Positions 9,806 through 20,904 of a stretch of DNA of 64,000 nt are shown piece after piece. Under the pieces are notes generated by a model that saw nothing but the letters and a program-made list of their open reading frames with translations, was not told where the DNA came from and did not search any database. Source of the DNA: Takakia lepidozioides (taxonomy: Eukaryota > Plantae > Bryophyta); assembly GCA_030704615.1 (NCBI GenBank), contig CM060732.1, positions 61,194,001 to 61,258,000 on the forward strand. The letters are read 5' to 3'. Each line of letters starts with the position of its first letter. Position 1 is the first letter of the stretch. Position numbers and translations under genes: made by a program.

Positions 9806-12800
9806 ACACGAGGACATAGTGCGCGCAGCAGCGATAGGGCTTAGTGGGGCTTAGTGGGGCTTAGTGCATGAAGGGAAAAAACATCGCGAGGAGTTTGGAA
9901 CCGCGACGCCACGGCGGGCAGGGAGAGCCCTTACCAGTAAGCTACATACACCCAAATGAAATTTCTCTCTAAAAGTATGAATATATACTTTTGTAAATTT
10001 TCCAGCCTCTTAATATATACATAGTTTGTATGTGGGGGTATTAAATTAACCCCCTTTTGTTCACGCACGTGATAGGTACATCTCTTGATGGATGAATGTA
10101 TTCAGAGATAGCTGGATTTTGGGTTTTCCATCAATCTATGCGTTCATACATTCATCCAATAGTTGCTTTATCATTCATTCATACGTTCATCCAGTGCGCA
10201 AAAATTATGTTTGATATGTTCATCCAATAGCTGCCAGCAAGGCGTTTTGTTTATCATTCGTTCACATAATTCAGTTGTTTTGTTTCACTAACATTAACCA
10301 GCACACGATTAGTTTAATATTAATGTGATGGGTCACTAAAAAAATAGTTAAATGTTTTTACTTCTTATTATTCATATATATATATATATATATATATTGC
10401 TATATAATTTATATATTGTGATTACACGTGCCATTGTTTAAGTGGTTGTCTCAGTCAGCTCACTTTAGATAGTCTATCACTACAGTCAAATTTTTCGCGA
10501 TTGTCTAGCACTTCAAATATTTTAATATAAATTTTGACTGCAAAATGGTTGGAACAGTCGAAAGTGACAACAGTCAACGCCAACGTCAAACCAAATCGTC
10601 AAAATTACATAGGGTGTGTTATAGTGTGAGGACCCCAATGTTCCAATGGAGGGGAAAGAGAGATCCTGTGGATTCCATTGGATGCAGAGTCTATCTCACT
10701 ACACTACCAAATTTGTTGCTAGCTCATTCCAAGGTGAACACCGCGTCCTTTGTACGGCGTGGAAGGATGCACCCACATTTGATGACGCGGAGGTTAAGTT
10801 TTCTATCATCGAGGCTTGGTGGAACACGTCACGTGCAGTGAAGACAACCAATCTGGGAGCCTTGCACAGCTGGTTGGGGTGGTGACATTTCCGGTATCGA
10901 CAGTTCAGACAGTACATGCGGGAGGTATGATGCCAGACTTTTCCTACAATTGTCGTTCTATTGCGGACCTTTCCATTGGTCCCTCACCATTGTTTCTGTC
11001 CTTGTAGGAGCGGTGCTTGGATTCCGACACGGACATGCCGAACACGAATATGGCAGAATCAGTCCACTCCTCCTGGCGAGCGTCTTCTGCCGCACATCTG
11101 GTGGACGTAGTGACGGCCACAACGGAGGACATCGACAGAGCAATCATGCAGCAAGCCACGTACTACAAGTTCATGAGCGGGAAACAATGGGGCTTTGGGC
11201 CGGACAGGGAGGAATTGTTGGTACGAACAGCTTCGAGGTCCAAGAATCCACTGAAATGGGCGACATCATTGCGAGAGAAGATAGGGACGCCTCTGCACCA
11301 CAGAGGTGAACACCTAGAGGGGGACGTCCGTACTCGCCCTGTGAGGCGGAGGATTGAAGAGGAACCCGGGTGCGAAGAGGATTCCTGGAGATCTGACAGG
11401 AACATTCGGACAGCACCTCGAGGTCCCGTCATGTTGCCGCAAAATGTGTCTTCCAGCAGTGGAAGCCCAAGAGTTTCCAGATTGCCATTGCCTTGAAGCG
11501 GGGATTCCATGCAAGAAATTCCCACCACTCGCTTGCCCCAGATTTTGCCTGCTATTATGCAGTATGGCCAAGCCATTGTGGAGACGACTGTGTCTGCGTC
11601 ATAGTGGAGAATTGCTCACACAAAGCCGGCGTTTCGAGGCAGGTGTTCCGCAATTCGAGTGGATACACGGCAACGTGGTTTAGAGATGATAAGGAGGAAT
11701 CCAGATGGGGCTGTCCCTGCTCCTACCTTTACAGGAAGATTTGTCCATGCAAAGTTTACGGAGGCGACAACCACCCAGTTCTGGTTCTGCAGGCACGACA
11801 TTATGACTTGCGTGTATGGAAAGCCCAAGTACGACATACAAACAATGCCAGAGGCTCCCCCGGTGTGGCCGGTGGAACCAGGCTGCAATCTGAGTCAGGT
11901 TGAGGCCAACACCCTTACTGCCGCAGGATTTCGGATGGTGCAGCGCACTGACGTCCCCAGACGACCATTTCCGCTTCCACAGCCTCCACCACCGACCCCT
12001 GTGAGAGCAAGAACAATGGGACACGACAACTCTAAGCATCCTACACACTGTTGGGGAATGCAAGTGAACGAGACAAGGATGGGGAATGCACTTCGGATGA
12101 ACTGTACAATCCAGAGCTCGACAGAAGTGCCCCCAACAGGCTTCGGCGTGTGTATCAGACGGCCATGACAGGCTCAGCTATTCGCAATGAGGTGTACACC
12201 ATCACCATTTTAGAATTACCCACCTGCAATTGCACCGACTTCCAGATTATGGCGAAGAAGGGGGCATCATACTGCCCTTGCAAGCATCTGTACTACGTGT
12301 ACCTAAAGAGACTCCGGTGTAATATATTCCACAACTCATCACTTCATACATGCACCAGGGTTGAGCCCCCAAGAGGTGTATACTCTTCTGAATATGGATC
12401 CAGGAGACCAGTGAGCTTGGCTTGCGGGCCAAAACACAATGTTACGCCCATCATTTTCGGAGTTTCAGTTATAGTAGAACTGTACTGCTGAAAGTTCTTC
12501 TGACTTTGGCCACAGAAAGGTTTGACTTATGTCTCTTCTACCAGTAACCTGTTTTGCTCGGACTAAGATAATATTATGTCCTTCACTTCTGTTTCCACGT
12601 GCTTGTATTTTTGTTTGTTGGAGGGTTCTTGTTTTTCTGCTCTCCCAAACTTTGATTTCCTCATTCCATCCCTGGCAAGGAAATGCGGCGCCGCATTTCC
12701 AAGTAGCGCCGTAGGTACTAGTAGTTGCGGCCTTTGTCATAGCAAGATAGTCGCACCCAGTCTTCAGGGAGCCGACCGTCGCCAACAGCTAGCCCCCCAT

Positions 12801-13225
12801 AAATTTTGCACGTGCGAACCCTAATGCGGCACCGCATTTTCCAGTTGACTCGCAAGTCTTTCCCGCCGAATACCTGAAGATGACAGAATTGTGAAATATT
12901 GCAAATTCTATTGGTGCAAACTCTATTGGTTCAATCGCGGCAGAAGGGTCAGCTTCATTCCAATGTTAAGGCATGTAAAACCGCGGAATAATCTATACAG
13001 GCCAGTATGCGACGTCCTTTTGCCGTGGTATACTGGATTTCTCGTTGCATGGTCACTCATTTCCATGAGCGGATCTAAAAAACCATGAGCAGAGTTGTTA
13101 CTGACGACATATCTTCGCCGCATTACAGGATCTGGAAGTTCCAAAAACGGCAAGGTCAAATAAAAAACTATTATTTTAATACTTTTTTAATCTGCCGCAT
13201 TTCCAAATTTGGAGGAGTCCGCTCA

Positions 13226-15111
13226 TGAAAACCGCGTGTCTTAGACTTCGGCTCACTGCTCATGCAGCTCATGCGGCTCATGGCTCATGGCTCATGGTTT
13301 CTGCTCATGAAATAGTAAACCTTAGCCAAAAGCCAACGCGGGTGGTGTCACCCTCTCTCCAGGTGCGCGAAAGCACAGTCGAGTTCGAACAATCACTCAG
13401 TCTCTCAAACGCATTTGGGCGAGCTACTCGCTGTGAAGCAAAGGCAATGCCCACACCCAAGACCACTAGATCAGACGACTGTACTATCAAGGCCCCACCC
13501 GTCAGACCATCAATTAACTGTGAATAAGTAGGTGCCAAGGTGCAGGGTCGGAGCTGAAACCGTAGTGCCCTCAAGATCAAAGCCCCCGCGCCTTGTAACA
13601 TCAACGACAACCAACTTCGCCCTACCACACCAGGGCCATGATGAAGCTCGGCACTTCGAACACCAGACAGAGGCAGATACAAGCCAACTTCCAACCAGGT
13701 TAATTCACGATGGTTCAGAAAACGCGACTTGATCGCCCTGGACGGTAGACGCTCTTCATTGCGTAGCTCAAATTCGCGCTTAGCAAGCTGTCTGGCCCTG
13801 GATATCACTGCACCAGGCTCAAGCAAAGGTCGTGTGAACAGGGCCTCGTGATGACTGGTTAGTGCAGCAAGATCACCTACAACAGCTCTCTCTACACGCT
13901 CAAACCAAAGCTGATCTTCGTCACACACTTCACACAACAGATCATCTATTTCTTGCGACAATTCAACGTCTCTCTCTAATTCTGCTGCTTGCTGCCTACT
14001 TTCAAAATATTCAGGGCCTGGATCCACAAAATTGTCAAAGTTATAGTAGTCCGGGTCACAGCTATCTAGAGAGCTGTCAGACCTCTCAAACCTTGGCGAC
14101 CACGCCTCTGCCTCCCCCAGATCATCATAATCACTACCACCAGGAGAATCCAATGAAACAAAAAGGGTTGGGACGCAAGCAGCAGGCTCATGAAGAGGCG
14201 ATGTTGGCAAGACAACAATGCCAGGCCGCGCGCCGTCGGTAGTGTTAGTAACAACAAGAATGTCAGCAGGGTGAGAAACAATGGGAGGAGCAACAACAAT
14301 AACACCAGCATAATGAGAAGTGTCAGCAGGGTCAGTCTCTACACTAGGATCAGCCTCGATAGCAAGTGTCACACTAATATGAAGGAACAGGCTCTCCCCC
14401 TCTCTGCGAGCTACATAAGACAAATCACGAACTGTAGCCATTCCCTGCAATCACAGCCCAACGCACATCGTGAGACGGCAAAATCACAGCAGCAGGAGAA
14501 AATAGGGCAAAGCGAGGAGCCGCCATCGGTAACACGCATTAGCGAACCACTTAGGCAGCAGGACGTAGAGCAAATCCCGCGAAGGACCTAACTGATCCTG
14601 ACAGTGCGGGCAGGATCCACCACGCCTAGAGTACCCGACTTCTCTCCACCATAAAACAAGCCTAAAGCATATACTCCTTTCCTCTCAATAAGCGAAGTCG
14701 CACAACAAAGGGGCGAGCGGAATGAGCAAGCAGCGCGCGAGAGGAGGATCAAACACACGAATCAGACACTAAGCAGCTCTCATCCAAAAACTTGTACACC
14801 AAAATCACATATACAGCAACACCCGAGTACACAGCCCTGACCTTGTATCAGGGCGCCGTCTTAATACAAAAGCCCTAACCGTAGTGGCCTGCCGCGTGGC
14901 GAGGCTTTATAGGCCCAAGCCCACGGTGCTGCCTTGCAGCCCTAGATCTAATGAAGGGCCAGGATCAAGCCACCAGCCTAAATAACCCTAACCTAAACAT
15001 CATTGTAACGGATTAACGGCTCTATACGCCAAAAAAATATACTATGGATGTGTATCGCCATTTTGGATGAAACGGGTTAATTCCAGGCGTAAGCAAGTAT
15101 GGGGCTTTACA
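13226..15111 (-). mobile_element. LTR-retroelement-derived segment
   Basis: The minus strand starts TGTAAAG, with TATAAA at ~14906-14911, PBS-like TGGTGGAGA at 14643-14651, and PPT GGAGAGAGGG at 13351-13360 followed by TG...TTTCA. The two ends do not match each other. Confidence 0.5.
13305..14441 (-). CDS. Orphan 378-aa ORF (acidic N-terminal half) within the LTR-like segment
   Basis: Uninterrupted ORF from ATG 14441 reading through the PPT. No gag, RT or integrase motifs recognised. Confidence 0.45.
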   Translation of the reverse strand: MATVRDLSYVARREGESLFLHISVTLAIEADPSVETDPADTSHYAGVIVVAPPIVSHPADILVVTNTTDGARPGIVVLPTSPLHEPAACVPTLFVSLDSPGGSDYDDLGEAEAWSPRFERSDSSLDSCDPDYYNFDNFVDPGPEYFESRQQAAELERDVELSQEIDDLLCEVCDEDQLWFERVERAVVGDLAALTSHHEALFTRPLLEPGAVISRARQLAKREFELRNEERLPSRAIKSRFLNHRELTWLEVGLYLPLSGVRSAELHHGPGVVGRSWLSLMLQGAGALILRALRFQLRPCTLAPTYSQLIDGLTGGALIVQSSDLVVLGVGIAFASQRVARPNAFERLSDCSNSTVLSRTWREGDTTRVGFWLRFTIS

Positions 15112-16112
15112 GCTCCCTAGTTTTCTCTTCCTCTTATGTTTTGCCAAGGCAAGAGAGCCCATTGCAATTTGAGGCTTGTTTCATTTGATATTAATTTGAC
15201 CGGTGTAATGACTTTGGCTCGTTTTGATACAACAAGTAGATTTGGATTATGAATGTTGTTTATATGATATCTTTTTCACCTTAATTTCCATTCGGTTTAG
15301 ATTTCAAATCGTTTGGATCTTGATTTAATGTCACGCTACGAGCTTTGTGTGGATTAGATCTAGGCAGCATATGCAAGGTGTGAGATGAGGAAGGTGCGGA
15401 CCTCATGAGGTCAAGAAAGTGAGGGTAGTAAATAATATTTGGTTGGGGGCTGTATTTTATTTTTGGTTGAATATTGACTCGTTCTCGGTCATTAACCCTT
15501 AAGCGCCCATTCGACCCGTTTTCGGCCGTTGGTTTTGGTTTTTCCCCTCTGTTTTTCTCGGATTTGAACCGATTAACCTGATTTTTGGAGGGTAGGATGC
15601 CAGCCACATGGCAGTCAGGATTCCAATGCGCGATTAGGTTTTTTTTTTTGGTTAGGGTTGCAGTTTTTGGCTGCGCAGGAGGTGGGGTCTGCTTCTGCAG
15701 CGATTTTGGCTTGCTCCCGCGTTTTCAGCGTCGTCTCTCTCCTTCCCGCGCTTTGCCTTGTGCTGTGATCTCGTCTGTTGTGGCGTTCGCGCATGTTCCA
15801 TACTTTGTTGCAGGTTGCCGTTGCAGATGCCTTGACAAGTTGCCGTTGGTGGTCTGCTCCGATTGTATCTTCCATTATCTCTTTTTCTTTCAGTTGAGGA
15901 AACTTGGAAATTGTGGCACCGCTACAGAGACTGAGCCATAGCTGTGAGAGAGGATGGGCCGGCTTTGTATTGATACTCAGGGTGCGCATTCAAGGCAATG
16001 TTCATTGTTTGATACCTGAGCTAGACTATGCGCAGTTAGGGCATCGTGTAGCTCATCTTTGTGTTGTGCATATGCAAATTGGTGGATGAAGGTTGAAGCT
16101 ATATAGTATAAG

Positions 16113-16496
16113 ATGGGTTTGGGTGTGTTGCCTCCCCCTGCACCTGCGCATTTGGAGACTCAAGCTGCATCGATTGCCAAGTGGGCACGCTCACTGGGCG
16201 CATCAACCGAGCAAGTCGAGCGGATTGTCGGGTGCCTGAATGAGGACTACCTCTTGTGTTTGAAGAGACCTGCTCGTGTGCGTTGGCCTGGATTTCCACA
16301 GCCCTCCAACTTTCGTTACTTGTTTAGGCGCCATTGTGCAGAGATTTTGGGTTGGGTAGATCGCAAGGAGGAAGGAGACCCCCTTGGGTTCAGCGCAAAG
16401 GTCAACGACATTTTGAGGCTCGAGGTTTGGCCTGACTTCCAGACGTCTTCTGCCAGCCACGATGAGGCTCAAATAGCTGGCCAGGGAGAGAGGTAA
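16113..16496 (+). CDS. piggyBac-internal accessory ORF (127 aa), function unknown
   Basis: ATG-initiated ORF inside the TIRs with globular-looking composition. Possible AG/GTAATC donor at its end. Confidence 0.45.
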   Translation: MGLGVLPPPAPAHLETQAASIAKWARSLGASTEQVERIVGCLNEDYLLCLKRPARVRWPGFPQPSNFRYLFRRHCAEILGWVDRKEEGDPLGFSAKVNDILRLEVWPDFQTSSASHDEAQIAGQGER

Positions 16497-16521
16497 TCGT
16501 ATTGAACCCTCTTTTGATTTC

Positions 16522-16881
16522 ATGAGTGAAGAGATGGGCAATTCGACCTACTCCTTGCGCAACTCTCAAAATCCGCTATGTGATCCTGTTGGTCACTCCC
16601 AAACTATGGAGGACATAGGGATTTTGGGATCCACAGTGAAGGTGGCAATGGCTGAGCTGCACCTTCAGGATGTGGCATCGTCTAGCAATGCCCACGAATT
16701 TGGATATGGCACTGTGATAGACAAGACATGGGACATCCTGAATGGTACAAAAAATTATACTGTCTCTTTTTTTGGTGTCCTTGGTGTTCATGTGGTATCC
16801 TCACAGTCCTGTGTTGTGTGTAATCTTGATGATTGCTCTTGGGGTTGGATTCTGAAGCTGAATTGCCTGAGGGGGAAGTAG
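16522..16881 (+). CDS. piggyBac-internal ORF, probably the transposase N-terminus separated by a 1-nt frameshift
   Basis: Overlaps the transposase ORF in the -1 frame at 16833. Beta-rich pattern GSTVKV...YGTVI...YTVSFFG. Confidence 0.5.
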   Translation: MSEEMGNSTYSLRNSQNPLCDPVGHSQTMEDIGILGSTVKVAMAELHLQDVASSSNAHEFGYGTVIDKTWDILNGTKNYTVSFFGVLGVHVVSSQSCVVCNLDDCSWGWILKLNCLRGK

Positions 16882-18551
16882 ATGATAGTGAATCAGATTC
16901 TGATTGTGACTATAATCCAGAAGATGATGACCTTGTTGACATCGACAATCTTGACTTGATGGACTACTGTGTTGACACGGGGAATCCAACGCGTGAGGTG
17001 GGATTATATGATTTGCCGCCCAATTGGGAGCAGTGGGGTCCTGCTGAGTTGTTTGGTGATGACATGTGGAACTCCTCTGCTACTGAATTGCCAGACATTA
17101 CATGGTTAGGTGGGGATTCGGGTCCTCGTTTGCCTTTTGGAGATTCAGCAAATCCAGTTGATTTTTTCAATTTGTTTTGGCCACTGTCGGTCATGCGCCG
17201 AATTTGCAGCATGACCAACTTGTATGCCAGGACAGAAAACCAGAATGGAAACCTGAAAGGAGGTAGATGGTGGTACCCTATCACCATCCGTGAATTGAAG
17301 GCCTGGCTTGCTGTTCACATGCTCATGGGAATCAAAAAATTGCCTAGTACTAGATTGTATTGGAAAGCCAACAATGCCTTCTTCAATTGCCCTTCCATCA
17401 TGCGCATTATGTCCCGCAACCGATGGGAGGCAATTCTGAGGTGCCTCCACCTTGTTGACAACAAGGATGTATGCACTATTGACACTGACCCTGCTTTTGA
17501 TAAGTTAGCTAAAACCAGGTGGTTGCTACATGCACTAAATGGTTTGTATGCCACCTACATGAGCCCCGAGCAGAATTTGACTGTGGATGAGCAAATGGTG
17601 AAGTACAAGGGCAAATATGCCCGAATCCAGCAATACCTAAGCAAGAAGCCTGTGCAGTGGGGTCTGAAGGTGTGGTGTTTGTGTGGTGCATGTTCCAAAT
17701 ATGTTCAGAAGTTAGAGGTTTACCTTGGGAAGGATGATGGGAATGATATGACCCATGGCAGTGGATATGGCGTGGTGACAAGGTTACTAGAAGGATTTGA
17801 GGGTAAGGGCCATATTGTAACGATGGATAATTTTTTCAGTAGCCCCATCCTGTTCTATGATTTGGCAGCAAAACAGATCTATGCTACTGGCACGGTAAAA
17901 ACCTCCCGAGTGGGCTTTCCTACGTGCCTTGATTTGGGGAAGAAGGGTGAGAGAGGTAGGCTGGAATATTGTGTTCACATAAGTGGCAAAGTAGCCGCTA
18001 TTGCCTGGATGGATGCCAAGTTGGTGACCATGATTTCCACTGCCATTTCCCCTGTCGGTCCTGATTGCTTCATACAAAGATGGCACAAAGGGGCAAGACG
18101 TGATGTGCCTACCTCCCCTATTGTGGTTCATTACCAGCAGCATATGCGGGGAGTGGATGTTCAAGATCAGCTACGGGGTTACTACTCTGTTCAGACCAGG
18201 GACCATAAATGGTGGCACCGCTTGTACTTTCATGGAGTTGACACTTCTTTGGTGAATGCTTACATATTGTACCTGGGTTTTATGAGGGGAAAGGGCCACA
18301 TTCCTCTTAGCCACATGCTTTTCAATTTGGAAGTTGTAAAGGGACTAATTGTGGGGTGGGTTCCTCCCAGGAGAACAGTAATGCCAGGGGCAGATGTGCC
18401 CAACCCGGGGTCTGTGCATTTCTCCCTCAAGACTAGTAGGAGGAGGAAGTGTGTTCAGTGCGGTATGCGTCAAAGGTATTTTTGTCACGCGTGTGGAGAT
18501 GTGTATATGTGCCTTGGACGATGCTTTGTCAAGAGCCATAGCCTTCTCTGA
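16833..18551 (+). CDS. piggyBac transposase (PGBD4-like), catalytic triad and Cys-rich domain intact
   Basis: LTVDEQM, TMDNFFSS and MRGVDVQDQ form the DDD triad; also KPVQWGLK and KWWHRLYF. C-terminal CxxC..CxxC..C..CF..H. First ATG at 16959. Confidence 0.96.
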   Translation: MLLGLDSEAELPEGEVDDSESDSDCDYNPEDDDLVDIDNLDLMDYCVDTGNPTREVGLYDLPPNWEQWGPAELFGDDMWNSSATELPDITWLGGDSGPRLPFGDSANPVDFFNLFWPLSVMRRICSMTNLYARTENQNGNLKGGRWWYPITIRELKAWLAVHMLMGIKKLPSTRLYWKANNAFFNCPSIMRIMSRNRWEAILRCLHLVDNKDVCTIDTDPAFDKLAKTRWLLHALNGLYATYMSPEQNLTVDEQMVKYKGKYARIQQYLSKKPVQWGLKVWCLCGACSKYVQKLEVYLGKDDGNDMTHGSGYGVVTRLLEGFEGKGHIVTMDNFFSSPILFYDLAAKQIYATGTVKTSRVGFPTCLDLGKKGERGRLEYCVHISGKVAAIAWMDAKLVTMISTAISPVGPDCFIQRWHKGARRDVPTSPIVVHYQQHMRGVDVQDQLRGYYSVQTRDHKWWHRLYFHGVDTSLVNAYILYLGFMRGKGHIPLSHMLFNLEVVKGLIVGWVPPRRTVMPGADVPNPGSVHFSLKTSRRRKCVQCGMRQRYFCHACGDVYMCLGRCFVKSHSLL

Positions 18552-20904
18552 TTATAGATACTTCTATGTTCAGTAATTGATATGGTTGATTTCTTACTGC
18601 ATTGATGTGGAGACCTTTGATGCCAAAGAGGGGGTATCCTCCTTACGACACTTTTTCTATGTAGTGGTGTTCTGTCTTTTTCTAAGCAGTGGTGTGTTTG
18701 GGGGTTGGTTTGTTGTTGGTAGCCATGAAACGTTTGTACTGAGGATCCAGCCGTAGAGAGTCGCTTGACAGTCCAAGGAGAGGTATGATTTTGTGGTTGT
18801 GCAGTATTGGGGTTCACTGAGTCCTGATCTGAATGGTTTGTTTGCTACTCCAGCTTTTTGCCTTAGTGTTCATGTAGCTCCGAGGTCTTTGTTGCAACAA
18901 TTTTGTGTTTCAATTAGGACTGAGTCCATTTTCTTTGTGTCTAGTATAATTATGTGGTAGTCCCCCAGTCAAGCGGGGGTGCGCACAAGGGTGGAGACTC
19001 CTTCCCTCCCTGGGGAGGAGTCTCCCCCCTTGTGTTCATGTGTGAGTTGCCAATTGGGGCAAGTTAGTGGGTTCAACTCCCACTCACACAATTCGGCGTG
19101 TAAATGTGGGTTCATCTCTAGTTTTTCTGAGTCTGATTTGATGCTAGTGTTGGCCACATGTTGGTCTTTCTTTGTGTGAGCTGCCAAGTTGGGGCAGGCC
19201 ACTGGGTTCAATTCCCACTCACACATTTTGACCCCCCTTACTTTGACCAGGTGTAAATCAGAAAATATGAATCCATTTTTTGCATTCTATGGCTCATCAG
19301 AATGCCAATGTGCTGGACAACACCTGTAAGCAGGATGAGATCCTGCAGATTTCATCCCGTCAGTGAAAATTGCAAATTCCTCCAATTTCCCTTATTGTTT
19401 TGGGAGGGGCCCAAAAAATGGGCCCCACACTCAACGGTGGCGTTTCTCGGATTTTCGCCTGATTGGCCTGAAAATTTACCGGTGTTTGGAAGGGGTAGGT
19501 ATGAGCATAATGTCCGGTCAATTTTCCCAAAAACTTTTTTTTCGCTGAGATATTCTCATTTTTCTGAGCTGGGGTCCACTTTTTTCAAAAAGTCAACATT
19601 GGGCACTGGGCGCTTAAGGGTTAATACAACGTGTGGAATAGTGTAACAACGGGCTGTGTAGTCAAATGCAACCAGAGGTGATCAAAATGTGAAGTGGACA
19701 AGCTAGGCTGGTGTCTCCTAGCTGTCTGTATCATATTAAGGGAATCATTCACTTGTAGCATCACTCACAACAGAAGGCCTGGATCAAACAGACCATGCCG
19801 GAGTCTACAGAATACTGTACTATAGGCGTACTTCAGTTTTATGGAAACACATCACAGCCGGTTAAACAGACGCAAGGTCTGCACTGTACAGGACCTAACC
19901 TACAGATGACATAGCCCAAGCATACCTTTTTGCAACCATAACTCATTCTTGACCAGCTTCTCACTTCTTGTAGTCACCCCACCACAGGTACACATAAATG
20001 CGCTAATTTCTGGTGCGATCTTGGAGTAACCCACATAAGAGTCCCAACCACCGGTTACACCAAATTTTGTCATGTGCAAGGGGAACCATTGACCCTCTGT
20101 GCCCACAGCTTCAAATTCAAATATGTTTGCTATACTTTAGACTACCAGCACACATGACAAACCAAACTTGTTCACAACACTTGTCACCCAAAATCTCCGC
20201 TATATGACACCTACTGCCCAAACTGCTTCCCACCTGATGGTCCATCCCTGGCGCTGTGAGTGTTTGGATAACCACCTGCACTGTAACCAACTCCCACCTT
20301 ACCCTCACTGGCTTGGTCCGGGGCTCAATCTCCACCATTGAATAATGTTGCACCCCACAACCCCTGTTATCACAACATGAGACCACCCCCTCTACTATTC
20401 AAGACACCAAATCAATCAAACCATGGCAGTGTTCCGTCATCTCATCCTCACCCACTGGCTCTCAACAACAAACGGACACACATTTACTCAAGCAAAATTC
20501 ACCCTGCAGCAACAAGGCCATAACTATGGCTCATTCTAAACGGCAAATGCCACAATCAAGTCCAGCCCCATTTTTGCGAGCCAAAGTGTTGTATGCGAGA
20601 AATGGAGAAGGAAGAATGAATTACAGTAGGTGGTGATGAGGTCTGCAACACCATAGCTCTCAAAGAAAGTGGCATCCTTGACTGATGGAAAAAGAAGCTT
20701 GTACAATATTAGCATCTCAAGCAGTCCTATCCGCATGATTGCTGCCTGCAGCTCCCCACAAGCCCATGCCATCAACCATCATTGGCGCAACAAGCAGTGT
20801 AGATTGTTTACCATTTTGAACCCCTCTCTTGACTTCCAATCAAAGTGTTTGCCCATCATTCGTGGATATTTCTTTCAAAGAAATGAAATGAAATTTTATA
20901 AGAC

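Larger units (their letters stand above)
5500..10626. mobile_element. Non-autonomous CACTA element carrying host gene fragments (Pack-CACTA)
   Basis: Ends are CACTATAATACA and TGTGTTATAGTG, with a 3-bp TSD TGA at 5497-5499 and 10627-10629. Removing the element restores the MULE frame VYG-EDPNVPMEGKERSCGFHW. Confidence 0.92.
3798..12420 (+). pseudogene. Mutator-like (MULE) transposase: GCM-type Zn domain, DDE core and SWIM finger, interrupted by a CACTA insertion
   Basis: Exon 3798-4151, then a phase-0 GT..AG intron 4152-4258. GCM-like W..T..C.G...C.N..C..C..C..C..G.H.HP at ~4445-4785. DDE motifs VMFDH and FMADNAQAN precede the insertion; after it come CGFHW, intron 10925-11007, NTNMAESVHS and SWIM PTCNCTDF...CKHLYYV. 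Premature stops at 4574, 4880, 5369, 10883, 11494 and ~11602. Confidence 0.85.
15496..19620 (+). mobile_element. Full-length piggyBac DNA transposon (4125 bp)
   Basis: TTAA at 15492-15495 and 19621-19624. Perfect 14-bp TIR CCCTTAAGCGCCCA. Internal transposase ORF. Confidence 0.97.

Noticed and set aside
13221-15116. Solo LTR with a 5-bp TSD GCTCA/GCTCC
   Set aside because: There is one mismatch and GCTCA is also the local tandem motif, so the TSD is unreliable. The internal PBS- and PPT-like signals also conflict with a simple solo LTR.
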